DNA from: Bryobacterales bacterium
GTDB taxonomy: Bacteria; Acidobacteriota; Terriglobia; Bryobacterales; UBA6623
NCBI GenBank assembly: GCA_965248105.1
Contig: CBDFIK010000005.1
Coordinates: forward strand, 648,683-712,682
Length of the DNA: 64,000 bases
Direction: 5' to 3'
The notes under the pieces were generated by a model, which worked only from the letters and a program-made list of their open reading frames with translations, made no database searches and was not told the origin of the DNA. The position numbers and the translations under genes are program-made. Positions 1-7,867 of the stretch are shown here, piece after piece. Within the stretch, counting starts at the first letter, position 1, and each line of letters opens with the position of its first letter.

Positions 1-2005
1 ATTCCGAGCTCAGCACGGTGGCCGTGATGACCCCACTTGGCATACAGCCGAGCATGACATTGGCCGCGGCAACGCCATTCCAAGAGGTGACCGCTTCCCA
101 CGGGTCCACCGTGACATCCTGCATCGAACTAAAGGCAACACCGACATTCGCCATGGGAGCGTTGTTCTTTGCGCCTACCCACAAGCGGACTGCGTCGGGA
201 ATCAGCTCTCCGACGACACCGCTGATCGTGCTCCTCGAAAGGAGGACGGCTTGGCCCGGCAATTCCTCTTCGGTTGGCACGATGGTGAGGTGAAACGGAT
301 CTTTTAGCGAGCGACCGGCACTATCCTCCACCCCGATCTCAAGACGCGTCGGAAGCAGAACGTCCCCGGCGGAGCATGCAAACGCCGCCAAACCTTCGCC
401 ATCGGTGACAGCCGTGGCCGGGCATGACACCACGGAGCCAATGGCATCCAGGGTCAGGGTCAGACCGGGTAGCGGATCCGCCCCGGCGAGCGCACTGACC
501 ACCAGTGGGCGAGGAAACGCCTCATCCTTAAGGACGACCTGGTAGTCCCCACCAGCCTTGCTGAGCCTACCCAAACCCTGCCCCGCGACGTTGAGGTCGA
601 AGACCGCTTTAGGAGAACCAGGCGAAGTGCGCGCCTCCGCTTGAAACGGATCCACAATGGGAGGCGTAGCGATCGTATGGGCCACTCCCGAAAGGTTCGT
701 TTCCGCCGTAATCGGGTCGAAGCCAACACCGGGCGTCGCACTGCTAAAGGTCACTGCCGCCCCGAAAACACCCCGCCCGTCGCCCGCAAGAGCGCGAACA
801 GCCAGAGGCTTGGCGAAGGGTACCCCGACGGCAGAGAGTTGTTGGCTGCCGCCGTAAACTTCGAGGGTGGCGGGGGTGACTCCAGGAGTCGAGACTACGG
901 CGATCCCGGTCGGTGACGAAGCATTCTGCAACTCCCCGAGAACTTCACTGGCCTGGGCGTTCATGCGGACGACCTTTCCTGGCGGCCCAAAAGCAAAGAA
1001 CACGTCCTGCGCACCGAAGCCCACTTCCACGTCTATGGCGGGGAGTGGAAAGGGAGCGCCTGTCCGAGGATCTTCTAAAGCTGACAGCCTCCGGGCGCCG
1101 CGGTCCGCACGAAATCCGCCCAGTCCTTCGACGATCGCGTAGGCTAACTCTTGGCCGGGTGACACTGCCTTTAGCACCTTGCCGGGCGCCGCGAGTGTGA
1201 TCTCGAGGTCTCGTTTTGGTAAGTCGACGAACAGGATTTGCGCGTCGCCGGTCAGAAAGGCGGTGCTCAAAGGCGCATCCGGGTCGAAACCAATCGAGAA
1301 AGCCAGGTCTATCCCCGTTTCGATGCCGGAGATGATCTCAGCGGTCGCCGCGTCAATTTCAAAGAGCGAACCGCCAGCCACCGCATACACTGCCGACGCA
1401 TTTGGCGCCGCTGCGATCGCACTGGGTTCAGCAGGTAACGCGACTTCGATGTCCAGGAGTTGTGGCGGCAGCGTGAGGAGATTGACAACCTGAACCTCGT
1501 CAGAACCAGAGATGGTCAGGTACGCTCGCGTCGCATCGGGCACCGCGGCAAGTCCGGTTACGTCAGACTCGAACCCCAAAACCTTCGGCAACGGATTGTC
1601 GGCATCCAAAGCTCCGAACACATGCAAAACGGACCCACCGATGACGAGCAATTGCCTTCCGTCCTTGGTCAAGACGGCACTTCCCTCTCCTGTCTTGATG
1701 GGCTCCATCAGCGGGTGTGTAGCAAGAACCGCGAAGGGTGGCGCCGGCCCGAGGACGACCACGGAGTCAGACGTGACAACGTAGATCTTCAGAAGTTCGT
1801 TTGGCTTCTGGGCGTCGGGAACACCGACCGCCTGAATGGCGCCCTCGCCAACCGTCGGCGAGCCGACCAGCTCAAACGTTCCGGCGTCGTAGATACTGAC
1901 CGTCGTTCCCTGGTGAAACACCACGAGGTAGTCGACTGCTGCCAGCGGCAAGGGGAGAGCGCCTCCCATAAGCAGACACAAGAGCCTCCCAAATAGACAC
2001 TTCAT
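1..2005 (-). CDS. Secreted repeat protein, N-terminal ~668 codons only (C-terminus lies beyond window start)
   Basis: Absent from the ORF track because no stop falls inside the window. Minus-strand translation from ATG 2003-2005 reads MKCLFGRLLCLLMGGALPLPLAAVDYLVVFHQGTTVSIYDAGTFELVGSPTVGEG... I found no stop down to nt 1, and the other two minus frames give only short ORFs. The N-terminus is hydrophobic and signal-like. The beta-rich repetitive sequence looks propeller/Ig-like by eye only. Confidence 0.6.
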   Translation of the reverse strand, partial: MKCLFGRLLCLLMGGALPLPLAAVDYLVVFHQGTTVSIYDAGTFELVGSPTVGEGAIQAVGVPDAQKPNELLKIYVVTSDSVVVLGPAPPFAVLATHPLMEPIKTGEGSAVLTKDGRQLLVIGGSVLHVFGALDADNPLPKVLGFESDVTGLAAVPDATRAYLTISGSDEVQVVNLLTLPPQLLDIEVALPAEPSAIAAAPNASAVYAVAGGSLFEIDAATAEIISGIETGIDLAFSIGFDPDAPLSTAFLTGDAQILFVDLPKRDLEITLAAPGKVLKAVSPGQELAYAIVEGLGGFRADRGARRLSALEDPRTGAPFPLPAIDVEVGFGAQDVFFAFGPPGKVVRMNAQASEVLGELQNASSPTGIAVVSTPGVTPATLEVYGGSQQLSAVGVPFAKPLAVRALAGDGRGVFGAAVTFSSATPGVGFDPITAETNLSGVAHTIATPPIVDPFQAEARTSPGSPKAVFDLNVAGQGLGRLSKAGGDYQVVLKDEAFPRPLVVSALAGADPLPGLTLTLDAIGSVVSCPATAVTDGEGLAAFACSAGDVLLPTRLEIGVEDSAGRSLKDPFHLTIVPTEEELPGQAVLLSRSTISGVVGELIPDAVRLWVGAKNNAPMANVGVAFSSMQDVTVDPWEAVTSWNGVAAANVMLGCMPSGVITATVLSSE

Positions 2006-2039
2006 CCCATCCCTCAAAGCCAAGGGAAATCCTTTTTAA

Positions 2040-2110
2040 CGATATCCGCCTATCTGCAATAAAAGATATAGTTTTACATAAATCATGAATAAAGAAATAA
2101 CTTTATGAAG
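2040..2110 (-). promoter_or_regulatory. AT-rich intergenic tract, probable promoter region of the 1..2005 gene
   Basis: Strikingly AT-rich stretch (gatatccgcctatctgcaataaaagatatagttttacataaatcatgaataaagaaataactttatgaag) in a GC-rich context, directly upstream of the ATG at 2005 on the minus strand. No confident -35/-10 assignment. Confidence 0.3.
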
Positions 2111-2282
2111 ATTCGAGCGGACAGCGCGCGATGGACCAACGGGTCTCGTTCCGCGGCGAGGTTCGTCGTGTACAGACGCCACACGTCCCACGCGGGCGCC
2201 GCGTGCAGTTCTCCCACAGCTTTTGCGCCGGGATGGATACCCTTGGAACGAGCCGTCAGAAGCGGTCGCCGACGGCTGCCGG

Positions 2283-3356
2283 CTACTGCGCCGGAGTAGT
2301 GGAGGGAAACTCGACCGGGTCCCGTCCCAGGCCGTAGATGCGGATGCCGCCCTCGCGCCTGGGCGGCCGGGCCGGACGGGGAGGCTCCTGGGAAGTCACC
2401 GTCGGGGAAGCAGCGGCCTGTTGGCGGCGCGTCGCGGCCTGCTCTTGAATCTGCTTGAGAACCTCGCTCTCAGGGATCCGTAAACTTGCTTCCAGGACCC
2501 GTCCCTCGTGGACGAATGTGAGGTTGTTCAAAAACTCCGTGGTTTCGGGCTTCTGCTCGCCCGCCTTCATCAGCGCGAGGAATCCCTGGACCGTATCGAA
2601 AAGCTGCTTCGCGTCTGCTTCCGTCGGTGACGCCACTTCCAAGGCCAACCGAACGTCGCTTCCCAGTGACACGCCCAGACCAAAGGCCTCGATCTTGGAA
2701 GCCAGGTTCGAAGCGATGTTCGTTGTACCTGCAGCGCCGCCGCCCGTCGGCAGGTTAAAGGGACCGTTGGCGCTAATCCATATGTGGTGGTCGCTCAAAC
2801 GTTCGATTGACTGGCGAAGGTAACCAGTGAAGACGGGCCTCGTCTGCGTCGAATAACGATCGACTACTTCGCGGACGTCAGCTAGCTCGCCCAGAGCACC
2901 GTATCGGCCGTCCAAGGCCACAAAGTGGCGAGGCTCACCCGATCCCTTGGCCGGAAAGATCTGATGGCCTTGGTAGGTTTCACCGCGGCAGGCGGCGCCA
3001 CAGAGCATGCCGGCAAACGCTCCGTCCTCGAAGTTCCCGCGGGCAAATATCACCACGTCTTTTGGTTCGTTGTTAGCGCTACCAGAGTCGAGCCTGCCCG
3101 TAATCAGAACCTCCTCCACATACTGGAACGGATTCGCGCCCATCAGTTCGAGGAACGCACCGACTTCGGGGCTCGATTTCCTCGTTTCATCAAGGGCGGA
3201 CTGGACCAGCGGGGAATTAGCCATTTCGGAAAACTGAATCCCAACCATCAAGTTGACGTCAGCGCGCGCCAAACCAACAAGGTTCGGATCCGCGGCGTGC
3301 GATGGAACCGATAGGGCCACGATGGCCGCGAGCAGTGAGGATGCGATTGTTTTCAT
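2283..3356 (-). CDS. Secreted hypothetical protein
   Basis: 357-aa ORF with ATG start. Signal peptide MKTIASSLLAAIVALSVPSHA/ADP. Pro/Arg-rich C-terminal tail. No family recognised. Confidence 0.7.
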   Translation of the reverse strand: MKTIASSLLAAIVALSVPSHAADPNLVGLARADVNLMVGIQFSEMANSPLVQSALDETRKSSPEVGAFLELMGANPFQYVEEVLITGRLDSGSANNEPKDVVIFARGNFEDGAFAGMLCGAACRGETYQGHQIFPAKGSGEPRHFVALDGRYGALGELADVREVVDRYSTQTRPVFTGYLRQSIERLSDHHIWISANGPFNLPTGGGAAGTTNIASNLASKIEAFGLGVSLGSDVRLALEVASPTEADAKQLFDTVQGFLALMKAGEQKPETTEFLNNLTFVHEGRVLEASLRIPESEVLKQIQEQAATRRQQAAASPTVTSQEPPRPARPPRREGGIRIYGLGRDPVEFPSTTPAQ

Positions 3357-3693
3357 GCCGATTTCTCCTTCCCTTGATAATAGGACGAAGCAGGCTGACC
3401 GGGAATCGAGCGAAGACCTTAGCGCAGATCGTCGCGGGCTGCATTGCGCCGTTCAGGCCCGGCTGCGATCCAACGATGTCCACGCCATTGGGGAACGTCG
3501 ACGGCTGCCCCGCAGCGACAAAAGGCAGTGTGTCAAATGTGCAGGACACTACCCTGCAAGACTCCCGACAGAACGGCCCCAAGCTGTTGATATAATGAGA
3601 TCTAGCAGCCCCTGGCAAAAGCCTCGTAGGAGGCTCGCCGGCCGACGGCGAAGGATCGGCACTCGAATCCGTATCGACTAAGGAAGGTTCGCT

Positions 3694-4254
3694 TTGGACG
3701 TTCAAGCCACGCAACTCCGCCCGGGAATGTTGGTCAAGTTCAACGGGAATCTGTTTTCGGTCTTCAGCGTCGCGCATCGAACGCCGGGGAATAAACGCGG
3801 CTTCGTCCAGGCCAAGATGCGGAACCAGTCGAGCGGCGCCATGATCGAACACAAGTTCTCGTCAGAGGATGTCGTTGAAAAAGTGTTTCTCGACGAGCAG
3901 GAGATGGAATACCTCTATGAAGATGGCGGCCTCCACTACTTCATGAACACGGAGACCTACGAGCAGATTCACCTCAGCAAGGACGATCTGGGCGAGCAGG
4001 TGTTTTATCTGATTCCGAACGCGACCCTCAAGCTCCAGTTTTATGAGGGCCGTCCGTTCAACATCGACCTGCCGGCCGCGATCGAGATGACCGTCGTCGA
4101 AACCACCCCCGCGATCAAGGGAGCAACGGTCACCAACGTCACCAAGCCTGCCAAGACCGAAACCGGCCTGGTCGTCCAGGTTCCACCGTTTATCAAAGAA
4201 GGCGAAAAGATCCGCGTCAACACCGTCGACGGAAGCTACCTGGGCCGTAGCTGA
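3694..4254 (+). CDS. efp: Translation elongation factor P
   Basis: 186 aa with TTG start. Collinear without gaps with E. coli EF-P from the N-terminal RxG motif through the C-terminal ...VPPFIKEGEKIRVNTVDGSYLGR end. Confidence 0.95.
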   Translation: MDVQATQLRPGMLVKFNGNLFSVFSVAHRTPGNKRGFVQAKMRNQSSGAMIEHKFSSEDVVEKVFLDEQEMEYLYEDGGLHYFMNTETYEQIHLSKDDLGEQVFYLIPNATLKLQFYEGRPFNIDLPAAIEMTVVETTPAIKGATVTNVTKPAKTETGLVVQVPPFIKEGEKIRVNTVDGSYLGRS

Positions 4255-4322
4255 GCAGCCAAGAGTTCGCGGTCTTACCCAAGAGAATGAAAACCGGTCG
4301 GTTTTCGACGGCGCCTGGAAAC

Positions 4323-4346
4323 GTAGGGGCACGGCATGCCGTGCCC
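4323..4346. repeat. Family A palindromic repeat (GTAG-GGGCACGGCATGCCGTGCCC)
   Basis: Perfect 20-nt palindrome at 4327-4346. Identical copies at 26385-26404, 27215-27234 and 38401-38420. Covarying variants at 26336, 27164 and 61815. Confidence 0.9.
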
Positions 4347-4380
4347 GAAGTTCCCCATCCCCTCCGCAACACACGCAACG

Positions 4381-4405
4381 GAGCCGCGACCGTCAGCGAG
4401 CGGTC
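4381..4405 (+). repeat. Family E short repeat (GAGCCGCGACCGTSAGSGAGCGGTC)
   Basis: Near-identical 25-mers at 4381-4405, 58169-58193 and (more diverged) 59835-59860, all in the same orientation and all intergenic. Confidence 0.7.
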
Positions 4406-4825
4406 AGTCCCCCTCAAGAGTCCGGCCCTGCCACCAGCTCAGGCCCACCCAAGCGGATCAAAACCCCCGGGTTTTCGACGGGGTGCCCATGGGCCGGCGT
4501 GCCCACCCAAGAGAATGAAAACCAGTCGGTTTTCGACCGAGGGTTATGCGCCCCGGTCGCTACGGAAACTCGGCCTGTCACTGACGTTCCTGGCTCACCT
4601 TCCTGCATCACGCGCACCCTTGCGACGAGCGAAGCTGAGCCGCAGGCGGGAGCCTGCGGGCCCGCGCCCTCACGGGCCATGCCCGATCCAGAGCCGCGAA
4701 CGCCAGTGAGTGCCCATGGACCTAACGGCCCACCCCAGGGGATGAAAGCCGGTTGGTTTTCGACGGAGCGGTCATGGGCCTAACACAATCGCAAAAGCGC
4801 CTCCCCTTCCGAATAATCCCAGCCC

Positions 4826-5572
4826 TCACATCCCCACCAAGTTGGGATGCAGTTTTCGGAAACCCTGCTCGCCCGCCCAAACATCAAGCGGCAACGCGGC
4901 GATCTCGTCCACATCGGGCACGGCCGCCGGGTCTTTCGCAAAGTTGACCTGGTGCAGGTACTTCCGGCACGACTCACAAACTTGTACCTGCAGGTGTTCG
5001 AGTTCAGGAGCCGCATAGTAGACGAGCTTCTTCTCGTCCGCTAACCCGCAGGCCGGACAATGCCCGCGCGCGAAGGGCCACTCCGTCAGGCACAGCGAAC
5101 ATACGAGTGATAGAGCGGTGCCATCACCTTGCGGCCGCCGGCAACCCACTTGAGGAGGATGACCGCAGTGAGGGCAGCGGTTCGAACCCCGGCCGCCGGG
5201 GTTCGGGGGCGAAGCGGCGACCCACGGCTGCAACAAGACGCGGGCGAAAAAGCTGCGCGGGGACGTCGTGTCGCTTTCGTTTAGGTAGGCGTCGAGCGCC
5301 TGTTGGCACTTTGCGTCATTGATCTCGCGAGCGGTCTGCTTAAGCGGCTCGGGGCCCTTCGCCAGCACCAACTCGACCAGCGGCTGACGGGCCGCCAAAG
5401 GCGGGCCCCCGCTCAGTGTTTGTTGTAAGGAAGCGATTTCCCCATAGAAGCGCAAGGGCCCTCGCGCCGAGGGGTACCGCTCGGCCAAAAGGCGAGCCCG
5501 AGCTGCCCTTTTGACGGCCAATGTCTGGAAGTCCATCAATTCGACGTGAATGCCGCCCGTCCGGGGGCCCAC
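4826..5572 (-). CDS. fdhE: Formate dehydrogenase accessory protein FdhE
   Basis: 248 aa. Paired CxxC motifs (CPHCGH, CSLCLTEW, CPACG, CESCRKY) in FdhE-like order, at the last position of the fdn operon. The start is GTG 5572 or ATG 5536. Confidence 0.8.
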   Translation of the reverse strand: MGPRTGGIHVELMDFQTLAVKRAARARLLAERYPSARGPLRFYGEIASLQQTLSGGPPLAARQPLVELVLAKGPEPLKQTAREINDAKCQQALDAYLNESDTTSPRSFFARVLLQPWVAASPPNPGGRGSNRCPHCGHPPQVGCRRPQGDGTALSLVCSLCLTEWPFARGHCPACGLADEKKLVYYAAPELEHLQVQVCESCRKYLHQVNFAKDPAAVPDVDEIAALPLDVWAGEQGFRKLHPNLVGM

Positions 5573-5689
5573 TCAGGATAACAATGACGTTGGGCCCGGC
5601 CATTTGCTCCCGGCGGACGACTCGTCATCCCCCCAACGAGATCAGAAGATCAGCGGCCGCTTGCGCGCGGGAACCGGAGCGCGGCTAAC

Positions 5690-5853
5690 CCGCATTTCTC
5701 ACGACAAACCTGAACCTACCGGGACATAGGTAACACTTTATGCCAAGCACATAGGTAACACTTCTCGTCCGGTCCCATCCCCGGACGAGTGGCCCGCCCC
5801 TACAAACAAAGCCTGTTCAACGCCGGTCCTGCGAACGCTCGTGAGAAATGCGG
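5690..5853. repeat. MITE-like element with perfect 15-bp terminal inverted repeats
   Basis: CCGCATTTCTCACGA at 5690-5704 and its exact reverse complement TCGTGAGAAATGCGG at 5839-5853, with a third direct half-copy at 5874-5889. Inside are the direct repeat ACATAGGTAACACTT at 5724-5738 and 5749-5763, and a 9-bp-stem hairpin at 5764-5789. Confidence 0.55.
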
Positions 5854-5921
5854 ACTAGGGGGTCCTAGGTAGACCGTATTTCTCACGACTGACTCCGCAG
5901 GGGCCGGCAGTGGCCCAAACG

Positions 5922-6545
5922 CTATTGCTTGGAGATTCCCCTGTACCACTTGGGGTGGTGGGAGGCAGCCCAGCCCGGCTTCACCCATCCTTGGATCATC
6001 CCTCGGAAGGCTTCGGGAACCGCCGCGGTGCCCATGTAGATATGGACGATGATTCCGCCGATCGAAGCAACGGCGACAGCGGGGTGGATCAGGATTGCGG
6101 CCAGCCGTAAGGACCGGGGCATCGCTTCGGGAAACCACAGCACGATACCGCTGGCGAATAGCAGAAGCGTGCATCCGGTTTGCACCCAGAAAAGCATTTT
6201 CTGGCCGGCATTGAAGCGTCCCGCCTCGGGAAGCCCTTCGTCGTCGTGTACCGCGTACTTGTGAGCATTCCGCAGCCAGACCTTATCGTCGGAGTCGAGT
6301 CGCATCTGGCGCGCCCAGTTGCGAAACATAGTACCGAGGACCAACGCAAAAATCACGCCGCCCCAGGGATGTCCCCAACGCACCGTCTCGCCTCCGCCGA
6401 AGACGGCCGCCAACCAGTAAAGGTGATGAGACCAAAGTGCCAGCCCGGTCAGCGCGGCGTAGAGAAAACTGATCGCCGCCATCCAGTGGATAGCCCGCTC
6501 GGTGAACGAGAAGCGCTGAATTTTTTTGTCGCTAGACTTTGACAT
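5922..6545 (-). CDS. fdnI: Formate dehydrogenase gamma subunit (cytochrome b556, FdnI/FdoI type)
   Basis: Membrane protein with His-containing helices (ERAIHWMAA..., ILIHPAVAV..., VHIYMG). I place the start at ATG 6543-6545 (MSKSSDKKIQRFSFTER), overlapping the fdnH stop. The ORF-track N-extension to 6791 runs inside fdnH. Confidence 0.85.
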   Translation of the reverse strand: MSKSSDKKIQRFSFTERAIHWMAAISFLYAALTGLALWSHHLYWLAAVFGGGETVRWGHPWGGVIFALVLGTMFRNWARQMRLDSDDKVWLRNAHKYAVHDDEGLPEAGRFNAGQKMLFWVQTGCTLLLFASGIVLWFPEAMPRSLRLAAILIHPAVAVASIGGIIVHIYMGTAAVPEAFRGMIQGWVKPGWAASHHPKWYRGISKQ

Positions 6546-7371
6546 CGTCAGGGTCGGGTTCGGTCGGTTGTATTTCGGCGCCGGGCGCGGAATCCTCATA
6601 AGTCCGCGGCCCATACCGCAAGTAGTGGAAGAACGCTCCCAAGACGCCGCCGACAAGAACCAAGTTGCCCAGCCACTTGAGCGGACCCTTCCACAGCGCC
6701 ACGGTCCACGGAATCTTAGGGTCCTTGGGAAGTCCATAGCTTTCCGGATCCGAGGAGTCTCGCAACACGTAGAGTACGTGAGTCCCGCCAACGCCTTCCG
6801 GGTTGTAGACGCCGGCTTCGGCGTGCCCGTCCTCCCGCAACTCGCCCGCCCGGGCGTTTGCGATCTGGATCAAATCTTCGCGCGTGCCGAAAGTCAAACA
6901 ATTCGTCGGACAGGCCTTGATGCAGGCCGGCTCGAGCCCGACGGCCGTGCGGTCAGAACAAAGCGAGCACTTGTAGACCTTTTTCGTCTTGGGGCTGAGC
7001 CGTGGCACGTCGAAAGGACACCCGGTAATGCAATAGCCGCAGCCGATGCACTTGTTGTGGTCGAAATCGACGATGCCGTCTTCCTGCCGAAAAATCGCAC
7101 CCGGCGCGGGACAAGCCTTCAGGCACCCAGGATCAATGCAGTGCATGCACTGGTACTTGACCATGTTCCAGGTGAGCTCGCCGTCCTCTCGCTCGAACTC
7201 GTTGAACTTGATCAAGTTCCAAAAGTTGTGTTCGAGATCGGGTAGCGTCTGGTAGGTACCGTCGAATGTGCCGATGGTGAATTGCTGATCGTTCCACTCC
7301 TGGCAGGCGACCTCGCACGCCTTGCAGCCAATGCAAGTCGTCGTATCGATCAGTTTGGCAACGGTATGCAT
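6532..7371 (-). CDS. fdnH: Formate dehydrogenase iron-sulfur beta subunit
   Basis: Four ferredoxin-type Cys clusters (CIGCKACEVAC, CMHCIDPGCLKAC, CIGCGYCITGC, CSLC...CIKAC) plus a C-terminal TM helix. The start is ATG 7369-7371 (MHTVAKLIDTTTC). The ORF-track extension to 7584 is repeat DNA. Confidence 0.9.
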   Translation of the reverse strand: MHTVAKLIDTTTCIGCKACEVACQEWNDQQFTIGTFDGTYQTLPDLEHNFWNLIKFNEFEREDGELTWNMVKYQCMHCIDPGCLKACPAPGAIFRQEDGIVDFDHNKCIGCGYCITGCPFDVPRLSPKTKKVYKCSLCSDRTAVGLEPACIKACPTNCLTFGTREDLIQIANARAGELREDGHAEAGVYNPEGVGGTHVLYVLRDSSDPESYGLPKDPKIPWTVALWKGPLKWLGNLVLVGGVLGAFFHYLRYGPRTYEDSAPGAEIQPTEPDPDDVKV

Positions 7372-7415
7372 GCTTGGTTTAGGTTTAGCAGGGAATGGCG
7401 GGAATGGCGGGAAAC

Positions 7416-7768
7416 GTGAAAAAATCGGGGACTGCCACAAGCGGCTTAGCACTAACTTCTCTAATGTCAGTGAGTGTTGAAGCCGCGGCCGGCCCTTCCG
7501 GGAATTCCCTCTCAAGCGTATTGAGCGGTACGTTCGCTGGCGAAATCGCGAACAACCACAGCCGCGAAGCGGCGGCAGGAACATAGCCTGGGGTGGAGCC
7601 GAAGGCGGAACCCCAGGTAGGGAATCGAACGAGCTGGAGCCCTGAAAGGGCGGCAGGAATGCAGTCCGTTAACCCGACCTGACTACCCGAGCCGCCGACA
7701 CCGATTTTCACGGCGGTATTGTGAATTCGCGGATTCATAGACGCTGGCTGTCCCCAAGATTTTTTCAC
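7416..7768. repeat. 353-bp MITE-like element (family F) between fdnG and fdnH
   Basis: Left end is GTGAAAAAATCGGGGACTGCC (7416-7436). Right end is GGCTGTCCCCAAGATTTTTTCAC (7746-7768), which is the reverse complement except for a 2-nt indel and 1 mismatch. Related 20-mers occur at 18233-18254 (inverted) and 58244-58264, with a half-site at 7850-7873. Confidence 0.6.
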
Positions 7769-7867
7769 AGGCTGCCAATCACCAATTTTCTGTCTGCTGC
7801 GTCGAGGCGCGCGTTGAAACACACAGAGGAAATTGGCTGACAGTCGTCATTTCCCAAGCCCCCATTT

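Larger units (their letters stand above)
4278..4766 (+). repeat. Four dispersed copies of a ~35-nt hairpin repeat (family C: CCCACCCAAGAGAATGAAAACCGGTCGGTTTTCGACGG)
   Basis: Copies at 4278-4311, 4445-4482, 4502-4539 and 4729-4766, all in the same orientation in the efp-fdhE spacer. Core palindrome is GAAAACCG-GT-CGGTTTTC. Copy 2 carries AAAACCC-CC-GGGTTTT, a compensated stem change. Confidence 0.85.

Noticed and set aside
4287-4783. Several 60-140-aa ORFs in the efp-fdhE spacer (similar sets lie at 26218-27549 and 59177-60670)
   Set aside because: Their translations are just the repeat families read in different frames (for example ...GARHAVP..., ...RFST...). The same peptides recur wherever the repeats recur.
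5177-5193. tRNA T-arm-like GCGGTTCGAACCCCGGC
   Set aside because: It lies inside the fdhE coding frame, and no acceptor or anticodon stems can be drawn around it.
7447-7482. CIRCE-like sequence TTAGCACTA-N17-GAGTGTTGA
   Set aside because: The half-sites resemble TTAGCACTC/GAGTGCTAA, but the spacer is 17 nt instead of 9 and the right arm is degenerate. It also lies inside a MITE-like element in the fdn operon, not near a chaperone gene.
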